NCBI GenBank assembly: GCA_028712155.1
Contig: JAQTQO010000001.1
Span: 1,501-65,500, forward strand
Reading direction: 5' to 3'
DNA: 64,000 bases
DNA from: Patescibacteria group bacterium
Lineage (GTDB): Bacteria; Patescibacteriota; Patescibacteriia; Buchananbacterales; GWA2-38-13
Position numbers and translations under genes: made by a program. How positions within the stretch are numbered: the first letter of the stretch is position 1; the number at the start of each line of letters is the position of its first letter. Below, one piece after another: positions 9,392 through 17,934 of the stretch. Under the pieces are notes generated by a model. It was not told the DNA's origin, did not search any database, and worked only from the letters and a program-made list of their open reading frames with translations.

Positions 9392-11314
9392 ATGGAACCA
9401 AAACGGCTTCGACAATTGCAACAGCAGTCCGGCGTTGATTCCGAGCTGCTGAAAATTTACCGCGATTACAACGGTCAGGTACCGGATATTTCGCGTCTGC
9501 AAATCCACCGGACCAATTGGACCGCCCGGATTTTGGGGTGGGCGCTGGCACTCGGCGTGGTGGGGGGATTGGGGTGGTGGGCGTGGGCGTCGTTTATCGG
9601 CGGGAATGGCACCGCGGCGTCGAGCCTGCGGGTGGCCGTGACCGCGCCGCCCGAGCTGGCGTCCGGCGAAGCGGTGACCTACGCGATCAGCTACGAGAAC
9701 GTCGACCGGGTGGCGCTGCAGGGCGTTGAATTGAATGTGCGGTATCCCGAAGGGTTTACGTTCGTCAGTGCGGAGCCGACTCCGTCGAATGCATATCACA
9801 ATACCTGGCAGCTCGGGCAATTGCTGTCCGGTCGCAGCGGACAAGTCCGCATCACCGGGAAGGTGGTGGGAAACATCGGGAGCATCGTGACCGTGACCGG
9901 GACCGCGACCTACCGGCCGCAGAATTTCAACGAATCGTTCAAGGCCAAGAATGATTTTACCTCCAGCAGCCAGATCACCACTTCGCTTTTGACGCTGGAA
10001 ATTGCCGGGCCGGGGCAGGCGGTGGCCGATCGCGAAGTGACGTACACGGTGAACTACGTGAACGCGTCCGATAATCCGTTAAGCGACGTGCTCATCGTGG
10101 CGACGTACCCCGCCGGATTTACCTTCCGCAAGGCGACCCCGGGAATCAAGCCGCCGTCCATCACTGTCGCGTATCCGTCAAACGTTGGCGGCAAGCCGCC
10201 GGATGCGACGTGGGTGATCCCGACGATCGAACCGAAGGCGAAAGGGCAGATAGTTCTTGTCGGTGGATTTCCGACCGCACAGCAGGTCAACGGGAACGGC
10301 GGGCGTGAACTGGTCGTACGCGGGGGGTTTGTCGATGAAACCGGGACTTTTTCGCTCCAGCAGGAGCAGCGGTTCACGACCGCGCTGCTGCAGCCCAACC
10401 TGCAGCTTTCCCTCATCATCAACGGTCAGACCACCGACAAACCGGTGAATTTCGGCGATACGCTTGACTTCCGGGTGGTCTACAAAAATTTGGGGAAGGA
10501 GAAGCTGCAGGATGTCCGGATTACCGTTGAAATCGCGTCGAAGCTGATCGATTGGAACACGTTGACCGACAAGAATCTCGGCCGGGTCAGCGGCAACTCG
10601 ATCCAGTGGGATCAGCTGGGCATCGCGGGACTGGCGGAAATTCCGCCGCTCGGTGAAGGAACCATTGATTTTTCCGTTCAACTGAAACCGCAGCAATCCG
10701 TTGAGGCCGGGGTCGAAAATTTCAGTACCGTCAGCACGGCAAAAGCGGCGATCGCTTCGGTGGATAATTTAGCTTCCGACCAGGTGGTGGCGGCCACGCC
10801 GATCACCAATACCGTCAATACGTCGCTGACGCTGAAAGCCCAGGGACGGTATTTCAACGACGATAATCTGGCCGTCGGTTCCGGGCCGTTGCCCCCGGTG
10901 GTCGGTGAAAAAACCTCGTTCCGCATTTATTGGTCGCTGCAAAACAGTTTGCATGAGGCGAAGCGCGTGACGGTGACCACCAAGCTGTCCGCCGACGTCG
11001 TATGGGAGAATAAGCAGATCGCCTCGACCGGGCAGCTGATCTATAATCCGGATGACCGCACGGTGACGTGGGCGATCACGTCGATGCCGACCAAGGCGAG
11101 CGAGGAAGATTATAACGCATGGTTTGACATATCGGTCACCCCGGCCCAGGACGAGGTGGGAAAGCTTTTGCTGCTGACCAGTGAAACGAATCTTGCGGCG
11201 ACCGACGCCGTCACCAACGCCCCGATCGACGGCATGGTCCGAAGCATCACGTCAAATCTCGAGGACGACCCGTCCGTCGCGGGCCGCGGCTTGGTCGTTG
11301 AGCTCGGGCAGTAA
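9392..11314 (+). CDS. Cell-surface protein with DUF11-type conserved repeat domains, N-terminal TM anchor
   Basis: The 640-aa protein contains repeated units such as …VTYAISYENVDRVALQGVELNVRYPEGFTFVSAEP… and …VTYTVNYVNASDNPLSDVLIVATYPAGFTF…. An N-terminal hydrophobic segment (ILGWALALGVVGGLGWWAWASF) is present. Confidence 0.65.
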   Translation: MEPKRLRQLQQQSGVDSELLKIYRDYNGQVPDISRLQIHRTNWTARILGWALALGVVGGLGWWAWASFIGGNGTAASSLRVAVTAPPELASGEAVTYAISYENVDRVALQGVELNVRYPEGFTFVSAEPTPSNAYHNTWQLGQLLSGRSGQVRITGKVVGNIGSIVTVTGTATYRPQNFNESFKAKNDFTSSSQITTSLLTLEIAGPGQAVADREVTYTVNYVNASDNPLSDVLIVATYPAGFTFRKATPGIKPPSITVAYPSNVGGKPPDATWVIPTIEPKAKGQIVLVGGFPTAQQVNGNGGRELVVRGGFVDETGTFSLQQEQRFTTALLQPNLQLSLIINGQTTDKPVNFGDTLDFRVVYKNLGKEKLQDVRITVEIASKLIDWNTLTDKNLGRVSGNSIQWDQLGIAGLAEIPPLGEGTIDFSVQLKPQQSVEAGVENFSTVSTAKAAIASVDNLASDQVVAATPITNTVNTSLTLKAQGRYFNDDNLAVGSGPLPPVVGEKTSFRIYWSLQNSLHEAKRVTVTTKLSADVVWENKQIASTGQLIYNPDDRTVTWAITSMPTKASEEDYNAWFDISVTPAQDEVGKLLLLTSETNLAATDAVTNAPIDGMVRSITSNLEDDPSVAGRGLVVELGQ

Positions 11315-11387
11315 CAAAAGCGCAAAACGACTTAGGTATTTTTGAATATTACGTTGTCGTTTTTGCGTTTCCATTTTATTATCCGGA

Positions 11388-12509
11388 ATGTTTCAAATAC
11401 TCAAAACTTCGAAAATTTCCAGCGCCCGAATCTCGCGCCTGGCCACTCCTCACGGCACCGTCGACGGGCCTTTTTTTATGCCGATCGCGACGCGGGGGGC
11501 GGTCAAGCATTTGGCGGCCGATGAATTGGATGCCGTGGGCGCTTCCATAATTCTTTCCAACACGTACCATCTTTCCTTGCGGCCCGGGGCGGCGTTGGTC
11601 GCCCGCGGCGGCGGTTTGCACCGGTTGATGTCCTGGAAAAAACCGATCCTGACGGACTCGGGCGGTTTTCAGGTTTTCTCTTTGGCGCGCTGGCGGAAAG
11701 TAACCGACCGCGGAGTGGAGTTCCGTGATCCGACCACCGGTCAGCGCGTATTCCTCACTCCGCGGCGGGCGATTGCCATCCAACGCCAGCTGGGCTCCGA
11801 CATTCTGATGGTATTGGACGAATGTGTCGGGTTCACCGCCACCCGTGATCAAATTGCCGCTGCGGTCGACCGCACGACCCGCTGGGCGCAGGCGGCGGTC
11901 CCGCACCTGCCCCGGGGGCGGCGCCGCCCGCTGACGTTTGCCATCGTGCAGGGCGGGGTATATGCGCCGCTGCGCAAGCGTTCGGCCCAGGCGCTGGTAG
12001 CGATGCCTTTTGACGGATACGCCATCGGAGGTTTGGCGTTACCGGGGATCCATGAGTCGCGCGGAAAAATGCTTGCCACCGTTGGCCAGACGGCCGCGCT
12101 GTTACCGCCGCATAAACCGCGTTACCTGATGGGCGTCGGAAAGCCGGAGGAAATTCTCGCCGCCGTCAAACTCGGGGTAGACATGTTTGATTGCGTTATC
12201 CCGACCCGTGAAGCGCGGCACGGGCGTGCCTATGTGTGGTCGCAGTCCGGCCGTCGTATCGGATCGCGAGGGAATAGGTTGTTTTACCATACCGTGCAAG
12301 TGAAAAACAAAAGATTGAAAACACGTTTTCAACCGCTGGATAAAAAATGCAAATGTTTTTGCTGTAAAAATTACACCGCGGCCTACCTGAACCATCTCTT
12401 TCACGTCAACGAACCTCTGGGCCAGCGTTTGGTGACGCTCCACAATCTGAAATTTTACCTCGATTCGATGGCGGAAATCCGCCGGGCCATCCGTGCAGGA
12501 AGTCTATAG
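11388..12509 (+). CDS. tgt: Queuine tRNA-ribosyltransferase
   Basis: N-terminus …TPHGTVDGPFFMPIATRGAVKHL… and the C-terminal zinc motif CKCFCCKNYTAAYLNHL. Confidence 0.85.
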   Translation: MFQILKTSKISSARISRLATPHGTVDGPFFMPIATRGAVKHLAADELDAVGASIILSNTYHLSLRPGAALVARGGGLHRLMSWKKPILTDSGGFQVFSLARWRKVTDRGVEFRDPTTGQRVFLTPRRAIAIQRQLGSDILMVLDECVGFTATRDQIAAAVDRTTRWAQAAVPHLPRGRRRPLTFAIVQGGVYAPLRKRSAQALVAMPFDGYAIGGLALPGIHESRGKMLATVGQTAALLPPHKPRYLMGVGKPEEILAAVKLGVDMFDCVIPTREARHGRAYVWSQSGRRIGSRGNRLFYHTVQVKNKRLKTRFQPLDKKCKCFCCKNYTAAYLNHLFHVNEPLGQRLVTLHNLKFYLDSMAEIRRAIRAGSL

Positions 12510-12553
12510 TCAGGTACCGGATGCTGTGCGCGACACTTCAGCAAAAATGGATC

Positions 12554-12576
12554 AACCGGTGCGAAGCCGGTTTTTT
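12554..12576 (+). terminator. Intrinsic terminator downstream of tgt
   Basis: AACCGG-TGCGAAG-CCGGTT hairpin followed by TTTTTT. Confidence 0.5.
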
Positions 12577-12623
12577 CGCATCGAGCGGATTTTTCGTACC
12601 GAATACAAAACGGTCGAATAATA

Positions 12624-12632
12624 TGGTATAAT
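12624..12632 (+). promoter_or_regulatory. Extended -10 promoter (TGgTATAAT) about 9 nt upstream of the ATG at 12642; near-leaderless transcript
   Basis: TGGTATAAT at 12624-12632; the start codon at 12642 leaves essentially no leader. Confidence 0.45.
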
Positions 12633-12641
12633 TCACTCATT

Positions 12642-13040
12642 ATGACCCGCAGCGTTGTCCTCAGCTCACTCAAGTATTTTTCGCTTGACCTCGTTGGAAA
12701 AGTGCTGTATTGGCCCCTGTGGTGGTATACCGTCGGCTTTCAAAAGCTCATGACGATCACGGCGGGGAATGTTTTGGAAGAAGAGCACCAGCTCGGCGTC
12801 GTGTTGTGGTGGAAGAATCTTTTCGTGCCGATGTACGGCCAGTACGATTGGCAGGGGCGGATTATCAGTTTCTTCATGCGGCTGGTTATCGGCATCGCGC
12901 GCATCGCCCTCCTGGTGGTGTGGTTTGCGTTTTCCTTGACGGTTATTGTCGCGTGGGTACTGGTGCTTCCGTTGGCGGCCTATTTTCTGTGGATTAATGT
13001 TCTCTACGCGTTTGATATCGCCTGGTGGCCATACGCGTAG
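12642..13040 (+). CDS. Small Trp-rich integral membrane protein (hypothetical), co-operonic with the downstream AAA+ gene
   Basis: The 132-aa protein has several hydrophobic segments, and the 13044 gene starts 4 nt after its stop. Confidence 0.5.
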   Translation: MTRSVVLSSLKYFSLDLVGKVLYWPLWWYTVGFQKLMTITAGNVLEEEHQLGVVLWWKNLFVPMYGQYDWQGRIISFFMRLVIGIARIALLVVWFAFSLTVIVAWVLVLPLAAYFLWINVLYAFDIAWWPYA

Positions 13041-13043
13041 GCA

Positions 13044-15824
13044 GTGAGGGGTATGGGGGAGAAGCATGCGAAACTTGTGACGCGATTTGCGTGCCCGACA
13101 TGCCGCGGGATAGGCGTGCAGGGGGCGCAGCGCTGCCGTACGTGCGGCGGTCGCGGAACCATCGGGCGGCAGGGCGACCTGATGTTGTATTGGGGGCGTC
13201 CGATCGACTACCGGCATCTGGCGCAACGGCATGTCATCGCCATCGCCCAGTACACGGTGGTGACGATTCTGCTCGGGTTTGCCGCGTTGGGCGTCGGGGG
13301 GCTGCTCTGGCAGCTGATTCTGCTTGACCAGTACGGCGTACCGTTGTGGCGTTTTTGGGAGCAGCAGAATATTTGGATGCTGACGTTTTGGTGGTCATTG
13401 GTGGTGGACAGCTACCTGGTGTATCACTTCTCACAGGAGTACGCCAAAATTCAGCACATCCCGCGGCGAGCCCGGCGGGGAGTCACCGGCGCGGCCGCAC
13501 CGCCGACGTCCTGGGAAACGGCCCTGCAGGTCCGGCGCGGACAGACCGTGAATCTCTCCGACCTCTACACGGCGGAAGCGATCGCGGCGGTTGAAAAGTC
13601 GTGGGAGTTTGCCGCATCATCGCGCCACCACGCGGTGGCGCCTTTGCACCTGCTGGTTGCGCTACTGCAGTTTCCCGCCATGACGGAGATGTTTGTGCGG
13701 TTGGGCGCTCCGTTTACGCGTTTGAATCGGCTGGTGACGGGTGCGTTGCCGCGCTACGCCGTTCCGACCGGAAACGCCCTTACGTTCGACGCCGAATATT
13801 TTGAGGCGCTGTTTTCCGCGTACGAGGAGGCCTGGAGCCGCCAGCAGAAGAAAGTCGACCTTTCGGAACTGCTGGTTGCCTGCGTGACCACCTCCGAGGT
13901 GGTGCGCGACGTTCTCTATGACGTCAAGATCGACACGGACGCGATTCATAACGTCGCCGCATGGTTCCGCGTGCGGCGTGAACAGCGCGCGCGCTACCAT
14001 CATCTCCGCAGCCGCACGTCGTACCGGCCCCGGCGCACGACCATGGACCGCGCGATGACCGCGGTGGCGACGCCGGCCCTCGACAGCTTCAGCCAGGACT
14101 TGACGCAGTTGGCGCGGGCCGGGTACTTAGAGCCGTGCCTTGGCCGCGATCATGAAGTCACCGAAATATTCCGCATTTTTTCGGCCGGCGGCCGGCAGAA
14201 CATCGTGCTGGTCGGCAATCCCGGCATCGGCAAGCGCACCATCGTGAACGGCGTAGCGCAGCTGATGGTCGCCGAGGATGTGCCGAAGTTCATGCAGGAC
14301 AAACGTTTGGTGAGTCTGAGCGTGGCGCGGCTTATTTCCGGGGTGACGGCGAGCGTTGCCGAAGAGCGCTTGCTTCACTGTCTCAACGAAGCCGCGCGTT
14401 CCCGCAATATCATTCTCTTTATCAACGACGTGTCAAAGATGGTGGGGATTTCTCCGGGCGGCAGCGCATCGCTGGATTTGGCCGGGGCCCTTGCCCAGGC
14501 GCTCACCCAGACGGGCCTGCGCGCAATTACCACCGCCTTGCCGACCGACTATAGCCGGTACGTCGAAAATCACCTCCTTGGCCAGGTGCTGGAAAAGATG
14601 AATATTGAAGAACCCGAAGGTAACGACGCCATTCAAATTCTCGAAGCGAAAGTCGGCGCCATCGAGGCGAATTATCACGTATACTTCACGTACGAAGCGA
14701 TCGCGCAGGCAGTCAAATTGAGCGGCCGGTACCTGCACGACCGGTTTTTGCCCGAAAAGGCGATCGAAGTGCTGGATGAAAGCGCCGTGCGCACGCTCAA
14801 CGAAAAAGGGCGCGACAGCTCCGTCACCGGCCAGGATGTCGCCCTGACGGTGTCGGAAAAAACCGGCATCCCATTGACCGAAGTCACCCAGCAGGAATCC
14901 GCCAAGCTGCTGAATCTCGAGCAAGAAATTCACCAGCGCATGGTGGACCAGGAGGAGGCGGTGAAGCTGGTGTCGGCGGCCATCCGGCGGGCGCGGGCCG
15001 AGCTGCGCGACGTGCGGCGGCCGATCGTCAACCTGCTGTTTTTGGGGCCGACCGGCGTGGGCAAGACCGAACTGGCAAAAATCGTCGCGTCGGTGTATTT
15101 CGGGCGGGCGAGCGAACTGATCCGGCTGGATATGTCGGAATACCAGGAGAAATCATCCGTGAACCGCCTCCTGGGGGCGCCCGCAGGTTTTGAAGGGCAC
15201 GGCGAGGGCGGCTATCTGACCGAAGCGGTGCGTCACCATCCGTTCGCCTTGCTGCTGCTGGATGAGATCGAAAAGGCGCATCCGGATATTCTGAATTTGT
15301 TTTTGCAGGTCATGGACGATGGCCGGCTGACGGATGCGGTCGGCCGGACGGTGGATTTTACCAATGTCATTTTGATCGCCACGTCAAACGCCTGTACGCC
15401 GACCATCCAGCGTTTGACGGCTGCAGGGGTCAGCGTGGCGGAGGTAAAAGCCAAATTGCTTTCCGGCGAATTACAGCAGCACTTCCGGCCGGAGTTTCTG
15501 AACCGCTTCGATAGCGTGGTGGTGTTCAAACCGCTGGGCATGCCCGAGGTGCAGAAAATCGCCCGATTGATGCTGCAGGAGGTGGGCAAGCGTTTACTGG
15601 AGAAAGGAGTTTCCCTGCAGCCGACGGATGCGGCAATTGACGAACTCGCCACCGCCGGGTATGATCCGGAGTTCGGGGCCCGGCCGTTGCGGCGCGTGAT
15701 TCAGGAGCGCGTGGACGATGCGATCGCGACAAAAATCCTCGGCGGTGAGCTGGAGCGCCGGGATACCATTATTCTGGACGTGGGCGGACGCGTGACGATC
15801 AAGAAGCCGGCACGCCGGGCATGA
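13044..15824 (+). CDS. Membrane-anchored double-AAA+ Clp-like ATPase with N-terminal DnaJ-type zinc finger (atypical ClpC/ClpB relative)
   Basis: The N-terminus has CPTCRGIG…CRTCGGRG (two CxxCxGxG repeats) followed by two TM helices and Clp_N-like repeats. D1 has a degenerate Walker A (GNPGIGKRT) and Walker B (LFINDV), while D2 is canonical (GPTGVGKT; [11 protein letters not shown]). No ClpB-type M-domain and no IGF/LGF ClpP loop were seen. Confidence 0.7.
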   Translation: MRGMGEKHAKLVTRFACPTCRGIGVQGAQRCRTCGGRGTIGRQGDLMLYWGRPIDYRHLAQRHVIAIAQYTVVTILLGFAALGVGGLLWQLILLDQYGVPLWRFWEQQNIWMLTFWWSLVVDSYLVYHFSQEYAKIQHIPRRARRGVTGAAAPPTSWETALQVRRGQTVNLSDLYTAEAIAAVEKSWEFAASSRHHAVAPLHLLVALLQFPAMTEMFVRLGAPFTRLNRLVTGALPRYAVPTGNALTFDAEYFEALFSAYEEAWSRQQKKVDLSELLVACVTTSEVVRDVLYDVKIDTDAIHNVAAWFRVRREQRARYHHLRSRTSYRPRRTTMDRAMTAVATPALDSFSQDLTQLARAGYLEPCLGRDHEVTEIFRIFSAGGRQNIVLVGNPGIGKRTIVNGVAQLMVAEDVPKFMQDKRLVSLSVARLISGVTASVAEERLLHCLNEAARSRNIILFINDVSKMVGISPGGSASLDLAGALAQALTQTGLRAITTALPTDYSRYVENHLLGQVLEKMNIEEPEGNDAIQILEAKVGAIEANYHVYFTYEAIAQAVKLSGRYLHDRFLPEKAIEVLDESAVRTLNEKGRDSSVTGQDVALTVSEKTGIPLTEVTQQESAKLLNLEQEIHQRMVDQEEAVKLVSAAIRRARAELRDVRRPIVNLLFLGPTGVGKTELAKIVASVYFGRASELIRLDMSEYQEKSSVNRLLGAPAGFEGHGEGGYLTEAVRHHPFALLLLDEIEKAHPDILNLFLQVMDDGRLTDAVGRTVDFTNVILIATSNACTPTIQRLTAAGVSVAEVKAKLLSGELQQHFRPEFLNRFDSVVVFKPLGMPEVQKIARLMLQEVGKRLLEKGVSLQPTDAAIDELATAGYDPEFGARPLRRVIQERVDDAIATKILGGELERRDTIILDVGGRVTIKKPARRA

Positions 15825-15858
15825 AGCGTGAATGGCCGCTGCCCGTCACCGCGCATGA

Positions 15859-16908
15859 ATGTACGGAGACATGAATCGGATCCTGTTGTATTTCGGCGTA
15901 GTCATCATTTCGGCTGGAGTGGCGTGGCTCGGCACGCGGCTTTTGGTATACGTTGTTCCCGGCTGGCAGATTACGGATTCACCGAATGGAGAGCGCAAGC
16001 GTCACGCCCGGCCGGTTCCGTTGCTTGGAGGTGCGGCAGTGTGGGGGAGTGTCGTTCTGACCGCGGCGATGCTTTGCGGCCTTGGTTTTTTGCCCGAAGG
16101 GAAAGTCACGTGGTTCGTGCTTTTTGGCATGCTCGCCGGGAGTGCGATGCTAATGATCGGCGGATTTTTCGATGACCGTTTTCATTTGCCTCCTTCTGCG
16201 CAGATGATTGCTCCCGCCCTGGCAGCCGTAACGGCGATCATCAGCGGCGTCGGGTTCACTCTGATTACCAATCCGTTGGGCGGCGTGCTGCGCATTGCCG
16301 GGTGGGTTTCACCGATCCTGGCGTTTGCCTGGTTGCTTGGCATGATGTACACCACGAAATTTCTCGACGGCATTGACGGACTGGTCACGAGCCTGACGGC
16401 AATTGGAGCGTTGATAATTTTTGCGCTCAGCCTCCGGTGGGACGCTCCGTCGGTGAGTACCGCGTTGCTCGCGCTCGCGTTATGCGGAGCGTGCCTGGGG
16501 TTTCTGCCGTTCAACCTTACGCCGGCGAAAATTTTTTTGGGGGAAGGCGGGAGTGTGTTCACCGGTTACCTGCTGGGGTTACTCGCGATCGTGTCAGGGA
16601 GTAAAATCACTACCACGCTGCTGGTCATGGGCGTGCCGATACTTGATGTGGCCTGGGTCATAGCGGAACGGGCGTGGCATCGTACCCCGGTCACGCGCGG
16701 GGACCGCCGCCATCTCCATTTTCGATTACTGGAGCGCGGTTTGAGTACGCGGCAGGTGGTGCTGCTGCTGTCGGCAATTTCGGGGGCGTTTGGGGCAGTC
16801 GCGCTCATCGTTTCTCCCGCCGGAAAGGCGGTGGCGCTCGCGGCACTAGTTGTCGTGGTTATCGGACTGATGCAGTGGGCGCGCCAGGAAAATTTTCATC
16901 GAAGTTGA
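15859..16908 (+). CDS. Glycosyltransferase family 4 polyprenol-phosphate HexNAc-1-phosphate transferase (MraY/WecA/TagO family)
   Basis: A polytopic membrane protein with …MMYTTKFLDGIDGLVTSL…. Confidence 0.75.
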   Translation: MYGDMNRILLYFGVVIISAGVAWLGTRLLVYVVPGWQITDSPNGERKRHARPVPLLGGAAVWGSVVLTAAMLCGLGFLPEGKVTWFVLFGMLAGSAMLMIGGFFDDRFHLPPSAQMIAPALAAVTAIISGVGFTLITNPLGGVLRIAGWVSPILAFAWLLGMMYTTKFLDGIDGLVTSLTAIGALIIFALSLRWDAPSVSTALLALALCGACLGFLPFNLTPAKIFLGEGGSVFTGYLLGLLAIVSGSKITTTLLVMGVPILDVAWVIAERAWHRTPVTRGDRRHLHFRLLERGLSTRQVVLLLSAISGAFGAVALIVSPAGKAVALAALVVVVIGLMQWARQENFHRS

Positions 16909-16925
16909 GAATAATATTTACTTGA

Positions 16926-17405
16926 ATGCATCATCAATTTTTTACTTGGTGGTTGGGTGTGGTCGGCGGGCTTGGAGTATGCCTGGTGCTGGCGGCGGTG
17001 TGGTATGCCCGGACAATTCCCGTTAACCGTACCGGCGGCCTTTCAAGTGTGACGGTCACCGTCGGTGGTGTTCGCGTGGTTGCGGAAGTCGCTGCCACGC
17101 CGGAGGAACAGGAGCGCGGACTGTCGGGACGGGTTGATCTGGCGGAAGGAACCGGGATGCTTTTCCCGTTCCGGACGCCGACGCGTCCGACTTTTTGGAT
17201 GCGCGGGATGCTTTTTCCCATCGACATCATCTGGATTCGCGGGTCGTCGGTGGTTGGAATGAGCGAGAATTTGCCGGTTCCCCGCGTCGGTATACCGCTG
17301 CCCATGTTTTCTCCGCCGACATCAGTTACGGCCGCACTGGAAGTGCCGGCCGGGTTTGCCCGCCGTCACCAGCTTCAGGTGGGTAGTGCGGTCGTGCTCG
17401 ATTAG
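16926..17405 (+). CDS. DUF192 family protein
   Basis: N-terminal TM, then …GLSGRVDLAEGTGMLFPF…FWMRGMLFPIDIIWI…, typical of DUF192/COG1430. Confidence 0.6.
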   Translation: MHHQFFTWWLGVVGGLGVCLVLAAVWYARTIPVNRTGGLSSVTVTVGGVRVVAEVAATPEEQERGLSGRVDLAEGTGMLFPFRTPTRPTFWMRGMLFPIDIIWIRGSSVVGMSENLPVPRVGIPLPMFSPPTSVTAALEVPAGFARRHQLQVGSAVVLD

Positions 17406-17424
17406 CCACGTTTCCGGACGGGTG

Positions 17425-17453
17425 TTGACGAGTTATCAGAAATCCGCTACGAT
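17425..17453 (+). promoter_or_regulatory. Sigma70-like promoter for rplU
   Basis: TTGACG at 17425-30, a 17-nt spacer, then TACGAT at 17448-53. Confidence 0.5.
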
Positions 17454-17478
17454 ACAATATATTTTTAACGATCCAGTT

Positions 17479-17781
17479 ATGCAGCATGCCGTCATAGTCG
17501 TCGCCGGAAAGCAATACCTCGTGCAGGCCGGCACAAAACTCACCACGGATCACGTAGCCGGGAAGGCGGGGGAAACCGTTGAGTTTCCTAAGCTTTTGTC
17601 GTTCGATGAATCGGCGCAGCAAATCGGTACGCCGAAACTGACGGGTACGGCGAAAGGAAAGATCGTATCCCAGGGCCTCGGCGATAAAGTGATGGTCGTG
17701 AAGTTCAAGCGCAAAGTGCGCTACCGCCGCAAAAGCGGATACCGTACACCGCAGACGGTCCTGGAAATCACCGCGGTGTAG
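17479..17781 (+). CDS. rplU: 50S ribosomal protein L21
   Basis: MQHAVIVVAGKQYLVQAGTKL… with start at the internal ATG 17479; L21 fold signature. Confidence 0.85.
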   Translation: MQHAVIVVAGKQYLVQAGTKLTTDHVAGKAGETVEFPKLLSFDESAQQIGTPKLTGTAKGKIVSQGLGDKVMVVKFKRKVRYRRKSGYRTPQTVLEITAV

Positions 17782-17807
17782 TGCCGGTGACCGGGCATAT
17801 TCCATAA

Positions 17808-17842
17808 CCGTCCCGCACCAATTGCGGGACGGTTTTGTGTTT
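17808..17842 (+). terminator. Intrinsic terminator after rplU
   Basis: CCGTCCCGCA-CCAAT-TGCGGGACGG 10-bp stem followed by TTTTGTGTTT. Confidence 0.7.
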
Positions 17843-17869
17843 GACAAAGTTGCCGTATTTATCTACAAT
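17841..17869 (+). promoter_or_regulatory. Consensus sigma70 promoter upstream of the purF-like gene
   Basis: TTGACA at 17841-46, a 17-nt spacer, then TACAAT at 17864-69. Confidence 0.6.
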
Positions 17870-17934
17870 TTCAGACCCGACGCGTAATTTGACAACCACT
17901 GTTCATTCGAATTGTTTGAGGAAGGAGGTATGCC

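Noticed and set aside
11315-11387. Long-range inverted repeat (GCGCAAAACGAC … GTCGTTTTTGCG) upstream of tgt as a terminator or attenuator
   Set aside because: The loop is about 24 nt and there is an imperfect T-run, so it is not convincing as an intrinsic terminator.
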